From the NCBI GenBank assembly GCA_963733295.1, contig CAVTCS010000003.1, positions 2,176,001-2,240,000 of the forward strand: a stretch of 64,000 nucleotides of DNA, written 5' to 3'. Of this stretch, positions 43,030 to 51,282 are shown piece by piece. The notes under the pieces are model-generated. The model was not told the DNA's origin. It searched no databases and worked only from the letters and a program-made list of their open reading frames with translations. Source of the stretch: Vulcanimicrobiota bacterium (GTDB taxonomy: Bacteria; Vulcanimicrobiota; Vulcanimicrobiia; Vulcanimicrobiales; Vulcanimicrobiaceae). Every line of letters begins with the position of its first letter. Position 1 is the first letter of the stretch. Both the position numbers and the translations under genes were made by a program.

Positions 43030-43785
43030 CTAGCTCCCTCGTTTGCGCGTCGTAGTGCGCTCGATGCGTTTGCCGCCGCTGCCCACGACGACGACTCGTT
43101 GCACGAAGATTCCCGGCGTGTGGACGCTCTCCGGATCGATCTCACCCGGCTCGACGAGCTCCTCGACCTCGGCGATCGTAATCTTTCCCGCCATCGCGCA
43201 GAGCGGGTTGAAATTGAGCGTTGCTTTGTGATAGTGGAGGTTGCCCATCCGGTCGCCGCGACTGGCGCGCACGAAGGCGAAGTCGCACACGATGCCTTCC
43301 TCGAGCACGTAGCTCCGGCCGTTGAAAACGCGCGTTTCCTTGGGCGGCGACGCGAGCGCGATCGAGCCGTCGGGGCGGTAGCGCCAGGGCAACCCGCCGT
43401 CGGCCACTTCCGTGCCGACTCCCGAAGGCGTGAAGAAAGCGGCGATGCCCGACCCGCCGGCCCGCAAGCGTTCGGCCAGCGTTCCTTGCGGCACGAGCTC
43501 GACTTCGAGCTCGCCGCTCAAAAATTGGCGCTCGAACTCCTTGTTTTCGCCGACGTAGGAGCCCGTCGTTCGGCGAATGCGCTTCTTGTCCAAGAGCAAT
43601 CCCAAACCGAAACCGTCGACGCCGCAGTTGTTCGAGACGGTTGTAAGTTGCGCCGCGCCCTGCGCGAGGAGCGCTTCGATCAGGCGCTCGGGGACGCCGT
43701 TCAATCCGAAGCCGCCGACCGCGAGCGAAGCGCCGTTCGGGAGGTCACGCACCGCCTCCGCGGCACTCGCGAAGACTTTATCCAT
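43030..43785 (-). CDS. scoA: 3-oxoacid CoA-transferase subunit A
   Basis: MDKV start, GGFGLNG, SNNCG, SYVGEN, PQGTLAERLRAGG and HTPGIFV. Confidence 0.92.
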   Translation of the reverse strand: MDKVFASAAEAVRDLPNGASLAVGGFGLNGVPERLIEALLAQGAAQLTTVSNNCGVDGFGLGLLLDKKRIRRTTGSYVGENKEFERQFLSGELEVELVPQGTLAERLRAGGSGIAAFFTPSGVGTEVADGGLPWRYRPDGSIALASPPKETRVFNGRSYVLEEGIVCDFAFVRASRGDRMGNLHYHKATLNFNPLCAMAGKITIAEVEELVEPGEIDPESVHTPGIFVQRVVVVGSGGKRIERTTTRKRGS

Positions 43786-43910
43786 TTTTGTCCATGGTTC
43801 GTTCAAGCTTGGCAGCGCGGCGTGCAAACCCTCGCGGGTCGCGCAAGAGGGCTACCTCCCGGCACCGAAGCTCGAAGGACGTCGCTGCCCATACGCCGTG
43901 GAGAAACCTT

Positions 43911-45104
43911 ATGGCCGTCGTTGTTCCGTCCAGCGCCGCCTCGGAAGAGGAAGGCATGATCCTCCAGGTCGTTCGCGAGCTCGTCGCGGAAAAGGTGGCG
44001 CCGCGCGCGGCCGCGATTGACGAAAGCGGCGAATTTCCGTGGGATATCCAGAAGCTTTTCGCGAGCAACGATCTGCTCGGCATCCCGTTCCCCGCGGAGT
44101 ACGGCGGTCTCGGCGGTTCGTTTCTGACGTACGTCAAAGTCGTCGAAGAGGTCGCCAAAGCGTGCGCCTCCAGCGCGCTCATCATCGCGGTGCAAGAGCT
44201 CGGCGCGCTGCCGATCATCATCGCCGGATCGCACGAGCAGAAAGCGAAGTACCTCCCCAAACTCGCCTCGGGGGAGTGGACGGCCGCGTACGCTTTGACC
44301 GAGGCGGGCAGCGGTTCGGATGCAGCCGGCTCGATGCGCTGCCGGGCCGAGAAGCGCGGCGACAAGTACGTTTTGAACGGCAGCAAGATTTGGATCACGC
44401 AAGGTGGCGTGGCCGACGCGATCTGTGTTTTCGCGGTCACCGATCCCGGCAAAGGACCGGGCGGCATCTCGGCCTTCGTCGTCGAGAAGACCTTCCCGGG
44501 ATTCCGGGTCGGGAAGCTCGAGAAAAAGATGGGCATCCGCGGGTCGCCGACGGTCGAACTCATTTTTGACGGCTGCGAAGTACCGCTCGCGAACCTGCTC
44601 GGCGAAGAGGGCACCGGCTTTCGGACCGCGATGAAAGTGCTCGACAAGTCTCGGCCCGGCATCGCCGCGCAGGCGGTCGGCATCGCGCAAGGCGCGCTCG
44701 ACTACGCGACGCAGTACGCGCGCGAACGCATCGCGTTCGGCAAGCCGATCGCGCAGCAGCAGGGCATCCAATTCATGCTGGCCGACATGCGCGTCGAGGT
44801 CGAAGCGGCGCGCCTCTTGCTCTACGAAGCCGCGCGCAAGTGCGACGAGGGTGCGCCGGACCTCACCACCTGGGCCGCGCTTTGTAAACTCAAAGCCGGA
44901 GACGTGGCGATGAAAGTTACGGTCGACGCGGTGCAGGTTCTGGGTGGTTTCGGCTACTCGACCGAGTATCCGGTCGAGCGGATGATGCGCGACGCCAAGA
45001 TCACTCAAATCTATGAAGGCACGCAGCAGATCCAACGGCTCGTCGTGGCGCGAAGCATGGTCGGCAAATGGAAGCCACCGGGAAACGGAGCGAGCACGAC
45101 CTAA
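43911..45104 (+). CDS. Acyl-CoA dehydrogenase
   Basis: YALTEAGSGSD, LNGSKIWIT, EKKMGIRGSPT, RIAFGKPI and RDAKITQIYEGT; GGAG SD before ATG 43911. Confidence 0.93.
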   Translation: MAVVVPSSAASEEEGMILQVVRELVAEKVAPRAAAIDESGEFPWDIQKLFASNDLLGIPFPAEYGGLGGSFLTYVKVVEEVAKACASSALIIAVQELGALPIIIAGSHEQKAKYLPKLASGEWTAAYALTEAGSGSDAAGSMRCRAEKRGDKYVLNGSKIWITQGGVADAICVFAVTDPGKGPGGISAFVVEKTFPGFRVGKLEKKMGIRGSPTVELIFDGCEVPLANLLGEEGTGFRTAMKVLDKSRPGIAAQAVGIAQGALDYATQYARERIAFGKPIAQQQGIQFMLADMRVEVEAARLLLYEAARKCDEGAPDLTTWAALCKLKAGDVAMKVTVDAVQVLGGFGYSTEYPVERMMRDAKITQIYEGTQQIQRLVVARSMVGKWKPPGNGASTT

Positions 45105-45204
45105 CCTTTTATGAGAATTTGCTGAGCAATGTTCGGGCGACTCGCTTCGTTACGCAAGTTGGAACCGGCTGAGGTTCCAATCCGTGACGAAGGGAGGTGT
45201 GTAC

Positions 45205-45396
45205 ATGAAGAACATCCTCGCAACGATCGCCGCAGCTTCGCTGTTGGCGGGCGGACCCGCGATTGCCGCGACGAGCACGAGCTCGCCGAAACCGGCAAGT
45301 CACGCGATCTCGACCAAACCTGCGACGCACGCGAAGTCTTCGACGGCCGTCAAAACCGTGAAGCCTTCGCCCAAGGCGAGCGCTAAAGCCAAGTAA
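45205..45396 (+). CDS. Small secreted Lys/Ala/Ser/Thr-rich protein (Asr-like composition)
   Basis: Strong SD AGGGAGGT; MKNILATIAAASLLAGGPAIA signal; basic low-complexity mature part with no Asp or Glu. Confidence 0.75.
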   Translation: MKNILATIAAASLLAGGPAIAATSTSSPKPASHAISTKPATHAKSSTAVKTVKPSPKASAKAK

Positions 45397-45423
45397 CGTC
45401 CCGGCTTCATCCTAGACTCAAGG

Positions 45424-45461
45424 TGCAACGGGCGCGGCCAGTGGGGTCGCGCCCGTTCGCA
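45424..45461. terminator. Hairpin between convergent genes (possible bidirectional terminator)
   Basis: AACGGGCGCG/CGCGCCCGTT stem extended by TGC/GCA; no clear U tract. Confidence 0.5.
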
Positions 45462-45474
45462 TCAGCGGCGGCCG

Positions 45475-46290
45475 CTAACCGCCGACGTTGACCGCGCTGT
45501 GTCCGAAAAGGGGCGGGATGTAACGCCCTGCAGCCCATGCGACGCCGAAGACCAGCGCGCCGAAGGCAACGATCTCGAATCCCTTCGCGAAAGGATTGCG
45601 TCGCGAGAGGCGCGCCGCGAAAACCCCGATGCCGAAGAGCGCGATCGCGGCGAGCAGCAGCGCAAGCCACATCGCGGTGCCGAGCGCAATCGCGAAGGCG
45701 TACGGCAGCACCGGTATCGCAGCGCCCATTGCGAACGAGCCGGCCATGGCGAAACTCGAACGCAGACCGCCGCTTTCGGCTTCGCGCAGATCGATGCCGA
45801 ACTCGTCGCGCACCATCTCGTGAAGCCAGATGTCGGGATTCTTTCTGAGGCGTTCGACGATCATCAGCGCTTCGTCGTCCGTAAATCCCTTGAGCCGGTA
45901 GTAGGCGACCTGCTCGGCGAACTCTTCCTCGGGCATGTCGAGCATCTCGCGTTGCTCGAATTCGATCGAACTCTGAACGACCTCGCGTTCGGATTTGCCG
46001 CCAAGATACTCGCCGACGCCCATCGAGAGCGCGCCGACGAGCAACGCGAGGCCGCCCGTAATCAGGATTGCGGCGCGATCGTTTTCGGCGCTGCCGACGC
46101 CCGTGACGATGCCGAGCGTGGTGAGGATTCCATCCTGCGCGCCGAAGACGATCTCGCGAATTCCGCGCTGCCCCTCGAGACGCTGGCGCTCGGGTGTGTC
46201 GGGGATGCGCGCCGCGGTGTGGCCGCCCGTACCTACGACGACCGCGCGGTTATCGACGCTGATGCCAAGCGAGTTCGGCTGCTCTTTCAT
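45475..46290 (-). CDS. VIT1/CCC1 family Fe/Mn transporter
   Basis: REIVFGAQDGI, GALSMGVGEYL and Glu-rich cytoplasmic metal-binding region. Confidence 0.9.
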   Translation of the reverse strand: MKEQPNSLGISVDNRAVVVGTGGHTAARIPDTPERQRLEGQRGIREIVFGAQDGILTTLGIVTGVGSAENDRAAILITGGLALLVGALSMGVGEYLGGKSEREVVQSSIEFEQREMLDMPEEEFAEQVAYYRLKGFTDDEALMIVERLRKNPDIWLHEMVRDEFGIDLREAESGGLRSSFAMAGSFAMGAAIPVLPYAFAIALGTAMWLALLLAAIALFGIGVFAARLSRRNPFAKGFEIVAFGALVFGVAWAAGRYIPPLFGHSAVNVGG

Positions 46291-46353
46291 GACTCTTCCG
46301 GCGTTGCAGAGGGCCTGCCCGGAGGCCTGCCGCCCGGCGTTGAAGCATTCGGA

Positions 46354-46869
46354 ATGAATCCCGGCGAGGAGAACCCGAACCCGATCGTCGCGCTCGCGCA
46401 GCGCTTGCGCGCGCGCAAGGATCTTGCCGCGGCGATCGACTCCGCCGCTTCCGTAGCGGCCGGCGCAGGCGGGACGGATGAGGCCGACGCAGGCGGCGCG
46501 CTCGAAGCCTTCGCGGAGGCGCTAAAACTCGCCGTGCGCCGCCTCAACTCGATCTTGGGAAAACCCGGCGTCACGTTCGTCCGGCTCGAGAAACCGTTGC
46601 GCGTCCGGCTACGGTTTGGCGAAAAGCGCGTCGGTCTCGACCTCGACGCGAACCGCCAGCTCGTCATCGTGCGCGGACTCGAACTCGACGGAGAGTACCA
46701 ATTCGTGCCGGGCGCCGCCACGCCCGCGTTGATCAATCTTTCGAAGCTCTCGACCGAAGCGGGCTACGGCGAAGCGCTCACGCCGTCTCTGCTGCTCAAA
46801 ACGATCGCGCAGGATGCCGAGCTACCGCGTCCGGCGCACCTTGACGGCCTGGGTCCGCTTTCGCTGTAG
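46354..46869 (+). CDS. Hypothetical protein
   Basis: ATG 46354; plausible 171-aa globular product; its 3' end overlaps the nth 3' end. Confidence 0.65.
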   Translation: MNPGEENPNPIVALAQRLRARKDLAAAIDSAASVAAGAGGTDEADAGGALEAFAEALKLAVRRLNSILGKPGVTFVRLEKPLRVRLRFGEKRVGLDLDANRQLVIVRGLELDGEYQFVPGAATPALINLSKLSTEAGYGEALTPSLLLKTIAQDAELPRPAHLDGLGPLSL

Positions 46870-47574
46870 GAATCGCGCCACCAGCGGCGCGCTCGGACAC
46901 AACTCGCGCACCGGACACCGCTCGCACAGCGGAACCGGCGCCTTGCAGATCGTGCGCCCGTGTAAGATCAGCCAATGATGCGCGAAGCGCAGCTTCGCCG
47001 GCGGGACGAGTTTGACGACGTCGTTCTCGACGTCGCGCGGCGTCTTGCCGAGCGTCAATCCGAGCCGGTGCGAAACGCGGAAGACGTGCGTGTCGACGGC
47101 GAAGGCGGCTTCCTCGAAGGCGACCGACATCACGACGCTCGCAGTCTTACGCCCCACGCCCGGCAGCGCTTCGAGTTCCTCACGCGTCGAGGGCACTTCG
47201 CCGCCATGTTTCTCGACGATCGCCCGCGCCGCGCCGACGATGCTCTTGGCCTTCATGCGAAAAAATCCGGTCGACTTGATCAAGTGCTCGACGTCGGGCA
47301 GCGCCGCGTTCGCGAGTGCCTGCGGCGTCGGATATGCCGCGAACAGGAACGGCGTCGTCAAGTTCACCCGCGCGTCGGTCGTTTGGGCCGAGAGAATGAC
47401 CGCGATCAGGAGCGTGAACGGAGACTCGTATTCGAGTGCGGTTACCGCCTGCGGGTAGGCCTTCTCGAGCAGTGCGAGTTCCGCAAGCGCCACCGCGCGC
47501 GTTACCTTGCGCGCCGGAAACGGAATCTTCGGAGCGGTTGAAACCGCGGGGCGACGGACCGGCGTCTTAGCCAC
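46822..47574 (-). CDS. nth: Endonuclease III
   Basis: LLIAVILSAQTTD, HhH LPGVGRKTA, VDTHVFR and Cx6Cx2Cx5C. Start estimated at GTG 47574. Confidence 0.93.
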   Translation of the reverse strand: MAKTPVRRPAVSTAPKIPFPARKVTRAVALAELALLEKAYPQAVTALEYESPFTLLIAVILSAQTTDARVNLTTPFLFAAYPTPQALANAALPDVEHLIKSTGFFRMKAKSIVGAARAIVEKHGGEVPSTREELEALPGVGRKTASVVMSVAFEEAAFAVDTHVFRVSHRLGLTLGKTPRDVENDVVKLVPPAKLRFAHHWLILHGRTICKAPVPLCERCPVRELCPSAPLVARFLQRKRTQAVKVRRTR

Positions 47575-47575
47575 G

Positions 47576-48172
47576 ATGCCGTTCTTCAAGACGAAAGACC
47601 CGACCGTTCCTCCCGGCCAGACGGTGACCGATGGCTTTCCAGTGCTCCACGTGGGCGACGTCCCACGTTTCGACGTGGCCACCTGGCGCCTGCGCTTCTT
47701 CGGCCTCGTCGACAACCCGTACGAACTGACCTGGGAGGAACTGCTTGCGGAACCTGCAGTCGAGTGGCGTGGCGACATCCACTGCGTGACGCGCTGGTCG
47801 AAGAAGGCGACCCACTGGCGCGGCGTGCTCTTCCGTCGTCTGGTCGAGCGCGCGAAACCGAAACCCGCGGCGAAGTTCGTCCTCCAGCACGCCGCTAACG
47901 ACTACACCACGAACCTCCCGCTTGCGCCGATGCTGGGCGACGACTGTTTAGTGGCGTACGAATTCGACGGCCGCGCGCTGGAGCCGATTCACGGCGGCCC
48001 CGTGCGCACGATCGTCCCGAAACTCTACTTTTGGAAGTCCGCCAAATGGATTCGGGGGTTCGAGTTCCTCGAGCACGACGAAAAAGGCTTCTGGGAAGTG
48101 CGCGGCTACCACAACGATGCCGATCCCTGGAAGGAAGAACGTTACTCCGACCTGCCCGGTTTCTTGGGCTGA
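47576..48172 (+). CDS. Sulfite oxidase-like molybdopterin oxidoreductase (YuiH type)
   Basis: VPPGQ...FPVLH, DIHCVTRWS, YTTNLPL, HGGP, YFWKSAKW and GFWE..GYH. Confidence 0.9.
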   Translation: MPFFKTKDPTVPPGQTVTDGFPVLHVGDVPRFDVATWRLRFFGLVDNPYELTWEELLAEPAVEWRGDIHCVTRWSKKATHWRGVLFRRLVERAKPKPAAKFVLQHAANDYTTNLPLAPMLGDDCLVAYEFDGRALEPIHGGPVRTIVPKLYFWKSAKWIRGFEFLEHDEKGFWEVRGYHNDADPWKEERYSDLPGFLG

Positions 48173-48199
48173 CGCCCACGACGCTAACGCACTAGCACA

Positions 48200-48811
48200 C
48201 TAACCGCGCAGTCCGAGGCCGACGCGCAACACGCTGACGCCGAAGTCGAAGATGATTCCGAGGAGAATTGCGGCGATCGCGACGATCGCCGCAAAGCCCG
48301 CTGCGTTTTCGCGCGGAACTTTCATGAGCGCGGGCAAACCGAGGTAGAGCAGGTACACGGCATACAGGCTTATCGCGACCGAGACCAGGCGCAACGGGAG
48401 GATTTGGGGCAGCAGCAAGAGCACGCCTGCGAGCCAAATCGGCGTGTACGAATACGTCACGAGTTTGAGCGCTTGTTCGAAGTCGGGGTCGCCGTTAAAG
48501 GAGCGCGCCAACGTGTTGACGGCCTGCGCGAGCACGTAGACGCCGAGGAGGGCGAGCAGGAGCGAGATCACCGCCTCGATCGCCGCCGTCAGCACGGGAA
48601 CCCGGTATGCGCCGCGCGTTAGGGCGATTCCGAACACCGACAAACGTGCCAAACCGCACACCGGGCCGAGCGCGGCGAGCGGCAGCGCGTAGTTCAGGAA
48701 GAGAGGCTCAAGCTTCGTCGCTTCGCGGGCCACGACGGGCCATTCGCGCGTAGGATAAGCGACGATCTTTGAAGCTCGATCGAGAAGAGGCATTGTCTTC
48801 TCTTTCGTCAC
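48200..48811 (-). CDS. Yip1 family membrane protein, third Yip1 gene in the window
   Basis: P..EW..VA.E, ALKLVTYSYTP and YLLYLGLP; GTGA overlap with mutY, alternative ATG 48793. Confidence 0.8.
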   Translation of the reverse strand: MTKEKTMPLLDRASKIVAYPTREWPVVAREATKLEPLFLNYALPLAALGPVCGLARLSVFGIALTRGAYRVPVLTAAIEAVISLLLALLGVYVLAQAVNTLARSFNGDPDFEQALKLVTYSYTPIWLAGVLLLLPQILPLRLVSVAISLYAVYLLYLGLPALMKVPRENAAGFAAIVAIAAILLGIIFDFGVSVLRVGLGLRG

Positions 48812-49719
48812 TCAGCCAGGCGCAGCCCACATTCCCCGGCCTCGACGACGCCCTCGCGTGTGAGGGCGAGCACGATGGCCTCGAAGGCCGCGGCGTCGTG
48901 GGCAGCTAGCTGCGCCGCGAGCGCGTCCTGCAAATCGAGCAGCGAAATGCGCTCGCCCGGCGCGAGCTCCCGGAGTCGGTCGATGACGCGGCCGCGCACG
49001 TAGCGCGCGGTTTCCTCGAAGCGTAAGCGCGCCTGCGGGCCGCGCGCCGGGGCGTGGAGCGCGGCCAGTTCGGCGAGTTTAGCAGCGTCGACCGGTCCGG
49101 CGGCGCAGCCGCGCTGCAGGGGACAGAGCAGGCATTTCGGCGCGCGCGCGGTGCAGAGCGTCGCGCCGAGATCCATTAGAGCCGAATTAAATTCGAAGGC
49201 TCGGCCCACCGGCACGAGTCCGGCAGCCGCGGCATCGACCGCGCGCGCGCTCGCGTGCACCGGCCACTCGAGACCGAACTGCGTGCGCTCGACGACGCGC
49301 TTCACGTTGACGTCGGGTGCGACGACGTCGTCGCGGAAAACGAAAGCGCGGATCGCCCGGGCAGTATACGGACCGACGCCGGGCAGAGCGCGCAATTCCG
49401 CTTCGTCGCGCGGCAGCTCGCCGCCGAAACGTTCGTGTACTTCGCGCGCGAGCCGATGCAGCCGAACCGCGCGCGCGTTGTAGCCGAGACCCTTCCAAGC
49501 GCGCACCGCGTCCGCTTGCGAGGCCCCGGCGAGCGCCGCGAAGGAGGGGAAGCGCGCGACGAAGGACTCGAAGAGCGGCACGACGCGTTCGACCTGCGTC
49601 TGTTGCAGCATGAACTCGCTGACGACGACGCGGTACGGCGAGGGATGCGTGCGCCAGGGCAGCCTCGCGCGACCGGTTTGGGCATACCACCCGAGCAGCG
49701 GTTCGGCGATCGGGTTCAG
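48808..49719 (-). CDS. mutY: A/G-specific adenine glycosylase (short form without a NUDIX-like domain)
   Basis: LPWR, SEFMLQQTQ, WKGLGYNARA, LPGVGPYTA, DVNVKRV, ALMDLGA and Fe-S Cys motif. Start uncertain (CTG 49719 proposed). Confidence 0.88.
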   Translation of the reverse strand: MNPIAEPLLGWYAQTGRARLPWRTHPSPYRVVVSEFMLQQTQVERVVPLFESFVARFPSFAALAGASQADAVRAWKGLGYNARAVRLHRLAREVHERFGGELPRDEAELRALPGVGPYTARAIRAFVFRDDVVAPDVNVKRVVERTQFGLEWPVHASARAVDAAAAGLVPVGRAFEFNSALMDLGATLCTARAPKCLLCPLQRGCAAGPVDAAKLAELAALHAPARGPQARLRFEETARYVRGRVIDRLRELAPGERISLLDLQDALAAQLAAHDAAAFEAIVLALTREGVVEAGECGLRLAE

Positions 49720-51179
49720 CGCGCCGCGACCTGCTCGATCGCCCGGCCGATGCGTTCGATCCCCGACACCAAGTCGGCCCGCGACGTCGTCGTGATCGCC
49801 AAACGGAAGTTGTGATCGCCCCCCGATTCGGCGAAGAACGCTTCTCCGAAGAGAAACGTCGCGCCCAAGCGTTCGGAGGCTTCGAGCAAGGCGCGCGCGC
49901 GCATCTCGCGCGGCGCCGTGGCCCACAAGTAGAAGCCGCCCGCACCGTTGGCGAGCCGCATCGACTTCGACCACGACGCGGCGATCGTTTCGCGCGCGAG
50001 CGCGCGGCGTTCGGCGATTTCCTTGCGCAGCCGAACGACGTGAGAGTCGTACGCGCGCGTCAAATAGTCGCATACTCCGGCTTGCACGTAGAGGCTGGTC
50101 GCCATGTCGTACGACTGCTTGCGCAGCAGCAGCCGTTCGTAGATCGCGCGGGGCGCCGTCAGCCAGCCGAGACGCAGCGACGGCGCGATCGTCTTGGAGA
50201 ACGTGCTCAGGTACACGACGTAGTCGGGAGAGTGCGTGACGAGGGGCGGCGGACCGCCCGAAACCAACTCGCCGTAGGGATCGTCTTCGACGATCGGTAC
50301 GCGCGCCCGTTGCGCCAACGTGACCAAGCGCTCGCGGCGATCGGCGTTGAGCGTGACGCCCGTCGGATTGTGCAGCGACGGCATCGTGTAGATGAAGCGC
50401 GGACGCCGCGTGCGCAGGATCGCCTCGACGTGATCGACGCGCATCCCCTCGTCGTCGACCGCGACCGGCAGCGCGCGCAGGCCGGCGATCCCAAAGATTT
50501 GCAACGCACCGGGGTAGGTCGGTGCTTCGACGATGATCTCATCACCCGGCTCCGCCAAACTCTGCGCCACGAGCGTAATGCCTTGCGTCGAACCGGTGAG
50601 CACCAGCACTTCGCGAGCGCCGACTCGGCAACCGCGCGAGCGCATGCGTTCGGCGATCGCCTCGCGCAGCGGTGCGTGCCCCTCGGAGTCTCCGTACGAC
50701 AGGACGTAGTCGGGGTCGCCGGCGACCCGCTTGAAGGACTCGGCCAGCTCGCCCAAGGGCGACGGCTCGACCGGCGGGACCCCTTGCACGAACGAGATCC
50801 GATCGCCGTGAAAGGTCGCCGCCAATTCGCCGAGGACGGTCGGATACGCGCCGACCCGCCAGGGGGGAAGGCTTACCCACCAGGGGATGTCGGAGGCGCG
50901 CGGCTGAGCACCGCTCGCCAGCCGCGCGACGCGCGAGCCCGAGCCGACGCGCTGCTCGATCAGGCCGTCGGCCACGAGCTCGCGGTAGGCATGGACGACG
51001 GTGCTCCGGTTGACGTTGAGACGCTCGGCTAGCGAACGTTCGGGCGGCAGCCGGGTCGACTCCGGCAGAGTGCCGGTCAGAATCGCCTCGCGTAGATCCT
51101 CGTAGATCTGCTGGTAGATCGGGACGATGCTGTCGCGATCGACGCTCGGGATCGCGCTGGGCCAGCCAATGTCGCGCAT
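49716..51179 (-). CDS. MocR/GntR family regulator with a PLP-aminotransferase domain
   Basis: PIYQQI...LPPERSLA...NRSTV wHTH; HNPTG, EDDPY and TFSKT..PSLRLGW. Confidence 0.92.
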   Translation of the reverse strand: MRDIGWPSAIPSVDRDSIVPIYQQIYEDLREAILTGTLPESTRLPPERSLAERLNVNRSTVVHAYRELVADGLIEQRVGSGSRVARLASGAQPRASDIPWWVSLPPWRVGAYPTVLGELAATFHGDRISFVQGVPPVEPSPLGELAESFKRVAGDPDYVLSYGDSEGHAPLREAIAERMRSRGCRVGAREVLVLTGSTQGITLVAQSLAEPGDEIIVEAPTYPGALQIFGIAGLRALPVAVDDEGMRVDHVEAILRTRRPRFIYTMPSLHNPTGVTLNADRRERLVTLAQRARVPIVEDDPYGELVSGGPPPLVTHSPDYVVYLSTFSKTIAPSLRLGWLTAPRAIYERLLLRKQSYDMATSLYVQAGVCDYLTRAYDSHVVRLRKEIAERRALARETIAASWSKSMRLANGAGGFYLWATAPREMRARALLEASERLGATFLFGEAFFAESGGDHNFRLAITTTSRADLVSGIERIGRAIEQVAAR

Positions 51180-51209
51180 TGGATGGTTTTTTCGCCGTCC
51201 AATGGACGG
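51178..51209. promoter_or_regulatory. Putative MocR-family operator (overlapping inverted repeats)
   Basis: ATTGGA-N14-TCCAAT plus CCGTCCA-A-TGGACGG, overlapping the regulator start codon. Confidence 0.55.
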
Positions 51210-51282
51210 GTCCCGGGCGAAAATGCTCCGGCTCTTTGAGGGTTGAACAACGGGTTAGGAACAGCGTTAAAGGAGAAACCTC

